This document shows, one piece after another, positions 30,414 through 32,000 of a stretch of 32,000 nt of DNA. Position numbers and translations under genes: made by a program. The stretch comes from Wolbachia endosymbiont of Cimex lectularius (GTDB lineage Bacteria > Pseudomonadota > Alphaproteobacteria > Rickettsiales > Anaplasmataceae), in assembly GCF_000829315.1 (NCBI RefSeq), contig NZ_AP013028.1, positions 210,001-242,000 on the forward strand, in the 5' to 3' direction. Under the pieces are notes generated by a model. It worked only from the letters and a program-made list of their open reading frames with translations. It searched no databases and was not told the DNA's origin. Every line of letters begins with the position of its first letter. Position 1 is the first letter of the stretch.

Positions 30414-32000
30414 ATGCAAGAAAAAACTTTCACAATCATCGATGGTTACGGCTTTCTTTTCAGAGCTTATTACGTTTTGCCTCATTTAGTTACCTCAACC
30501 GGTATGCCAATAGGTGGCGTGTATGGCTTTCTAAATATGGTTCTTAAGTACATTACTCACTCGGATTACTTGACCATAGCATTTGACTCTGGCAAAAAAA
30601 ATTTCAGGCACGATTTATACCCCGAGTACAAAGCAAACAGGGTAACTCCTCCTGAGGACTTGATTCCACAGTTTGCAATACTGAGGGAAGCAGTAGAAGC
30701 TTTCAATCTCAGCTATGAAGAGATTGAAGGCTATGAAGCAGATGACATAATTGCAACACTAGCTGCGAAATACGCCAACCACCAAGACTTTAAAGTGGTA
30801 GTAGTTTCGTCAGATAAAGATTTGTTTCAACTCTTGAATCACAACATTTTAATATTCGACCCTATCAAAAATATATACATAGATGAAAAACAAGTAATAG
30901 GAAAATTTGGTGTAAATTCAAACAGGCTTCTTGATTTATTTTCTCTAACTGGAGATGCATCTGATAACATCTCGGGCGTTCCAGGAGTAGGCCCAAAGAC
31001 TGCAGCCAAATTGTTGGATGAATTTGGTTCCTTGGACAATATTCTGGAAAACATTAGTAGCATTGAGCAAACGAGGGTACGTAATATTCTTACCGAACAT
31101 AAGGAAAAAGCGCTAATTTCACGAAAACTTTTATTACTATGCGAGAAAGTAGATCTTCAGCATGATGTTGCAAAATATGAAGTTCATCCTCCAAATATGG
31201 AGAAATTGTTATCCTTTCTAAAGAAGTATGAGTTTAATTCATTAATAAACAAAGCGGAGAAGCTTTTTTCCTATAATAAACCCAGCGCGGAAAAGAAACT
31301 AGAATATAGTAGTGAAGAATTAGAAAAATTTTTGGAGCACTGCAGATATGAAGGCAAAATCGCAATCTATTGCCATTTTGAAAACAATGTACTCAGTAAA
31401 ATCTCCTTGTCTTGCAGTGAAGATGATATTTTCTACATAGATCAAAACTGCCTACAAGATGCACTAATCACAATCAACTTAGTTTTGTTTTTAAATGGGG
31501 TGCTTAAAATAATACATGATGTTAGACAGGTCAGAGAAACATTTTCTACAATAGAAAAAGTGCTAGGCTCAGTTGATGATTTGATGACAATGTCATATAG
31601 CCTTGACACAGGGAAGCATGATCACAGCATTCCAAGCATAATTGCACATAATTTTAGTGAAAATGTAGAGGTTTTCTCAGCAAAAACTTTAATAGCAATC
31701 CATGAAAAGCTGACACAAAGATTGTTCCAGGAAAAGCTTTTTACAATTTACGAGCGCTTCGATAAGCCGCTTATGAAAGTGATACTCAACATGGAGAAAA
31801 ATGGAATATTATTAAACATTCAAAAACTGCAGGAATTGTCTGATAAGTTTCAACAGTTACTCACTGTGCTTGAGGATGATATATATAATTTGGCAGGAGA
31901 AAGATTCAATATTGCTTCGCCAAAACAATTAAGTGATGTTTTGTTTAATAAAATGGGGCTTAATAAGAAGAAAAAGTTAAAATCAGGATCGTATAGCACA
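30414..32000 (+). CDS. polA: DNA polymerase I (5' part; continues beyond the window)
   Basis: The frame is open from the ATG at 30414 to the window end (529 codons), so it is absent from the ORF track. It has a 5'-nuclease domain (IIDGYGFLFRAYY, GYEADDIIATLA, LTGDASDNISGVPGVGPKTA) and the start of the polymerase domain (PLMKVILNMEKNGI, NIASPKQL). Confidence 0.92.
   Translation, partial: MQEKTFTIIDGYGFLFRAYYVLPHLVTSTGMPIGGVYGFLNMVLKYITHSDYLTIAFDSGKKNFRHDLYPEYKANRVTPPEDLIPQFAILREAVEAFNLSYEEIEGYEADDIIATLAAKYANHQDFKVVVVSSDKDLFQLLNHNILIFDPIKNIYIDEKQVIGKFGVNSNRLLDLFSLTGDASDNISGVPGVGPKTAAKLLDEFGSLDNILENISSIEQTRVRNILTEHKEKALISRKLLLLCEKVDLQHDVAKYEVHPPNMEKLLSFLKKYEFNSLINKAEKLFSYNKPSAEKKLEYSSEELEKFLEHCRYEGKIAIYCHFENNVLSKISLSCSEDDIFYIDQNCLQDALITINLVLFLNGVLKIIHDVRQVRETFSTIEKVLGSVDDLMTMSYSLDTGKHDHSIPSIIAHNFSENVEVFSAKTLIAIHEKLTQRLFQEKLFTIYERFDKPLMKVILNMEKNGILLNIQKLQELSDKFQQLLTVLEDDIYNLAGERFNIASPKQLSDVLFNKMGLNKKKKLKSGSYST

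Overview
This is an AT-rich Rickettsiales-type chromosome segment, almost certainly Wolbachia. The call rests on gene content and order, the IS5-type insertion sequences and the GC-rich palindromic spacer repeats.

Positions 1-20.8 kb are core housekeeping. They hold ispG, recO (minus strand), an uninterrupted plus-strand str/S10/spc/alpha ribosomal superoperon (rpsL, rpsG, fusA, tuf, rpsJ through rplQ, including secY, adk and rpoA), and a YraN-like gene.

Positions 20.8-30.4 kb are a decaying, IS-riddled accessory zone. It contains:
- an orphan PstS-like phosphate-binding protein gene;
- a trkH pseudogene, with a homopolymer frameshift plus an IS insertion;
- a degraded, truncated Tn5/IS50-like IS4-family transposase;
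- four copies of one 860-bp IS5-family element with 18-bp inverted repeats and TNA duplications;
- an ORFan Ser-rich/coiled-coil gene split by two of those IS copies and by an A-tract frameshift.

The 5' 529 codons of polA run off the window end.

Three loci carry an uncharacterised composite intergenic repeat of about 0.4-0.46 kb. tuf shows a strikingly different, mosaic codon dialect from every neighbouring gene.

I found no tRNA, rRNA, CRISPR array, or recognisable defence, toxin or secretion gene cluster. The 'novel' candidates here are the ORFan gene, the repeat family and the tuf mosaic, not a multi-gene system.
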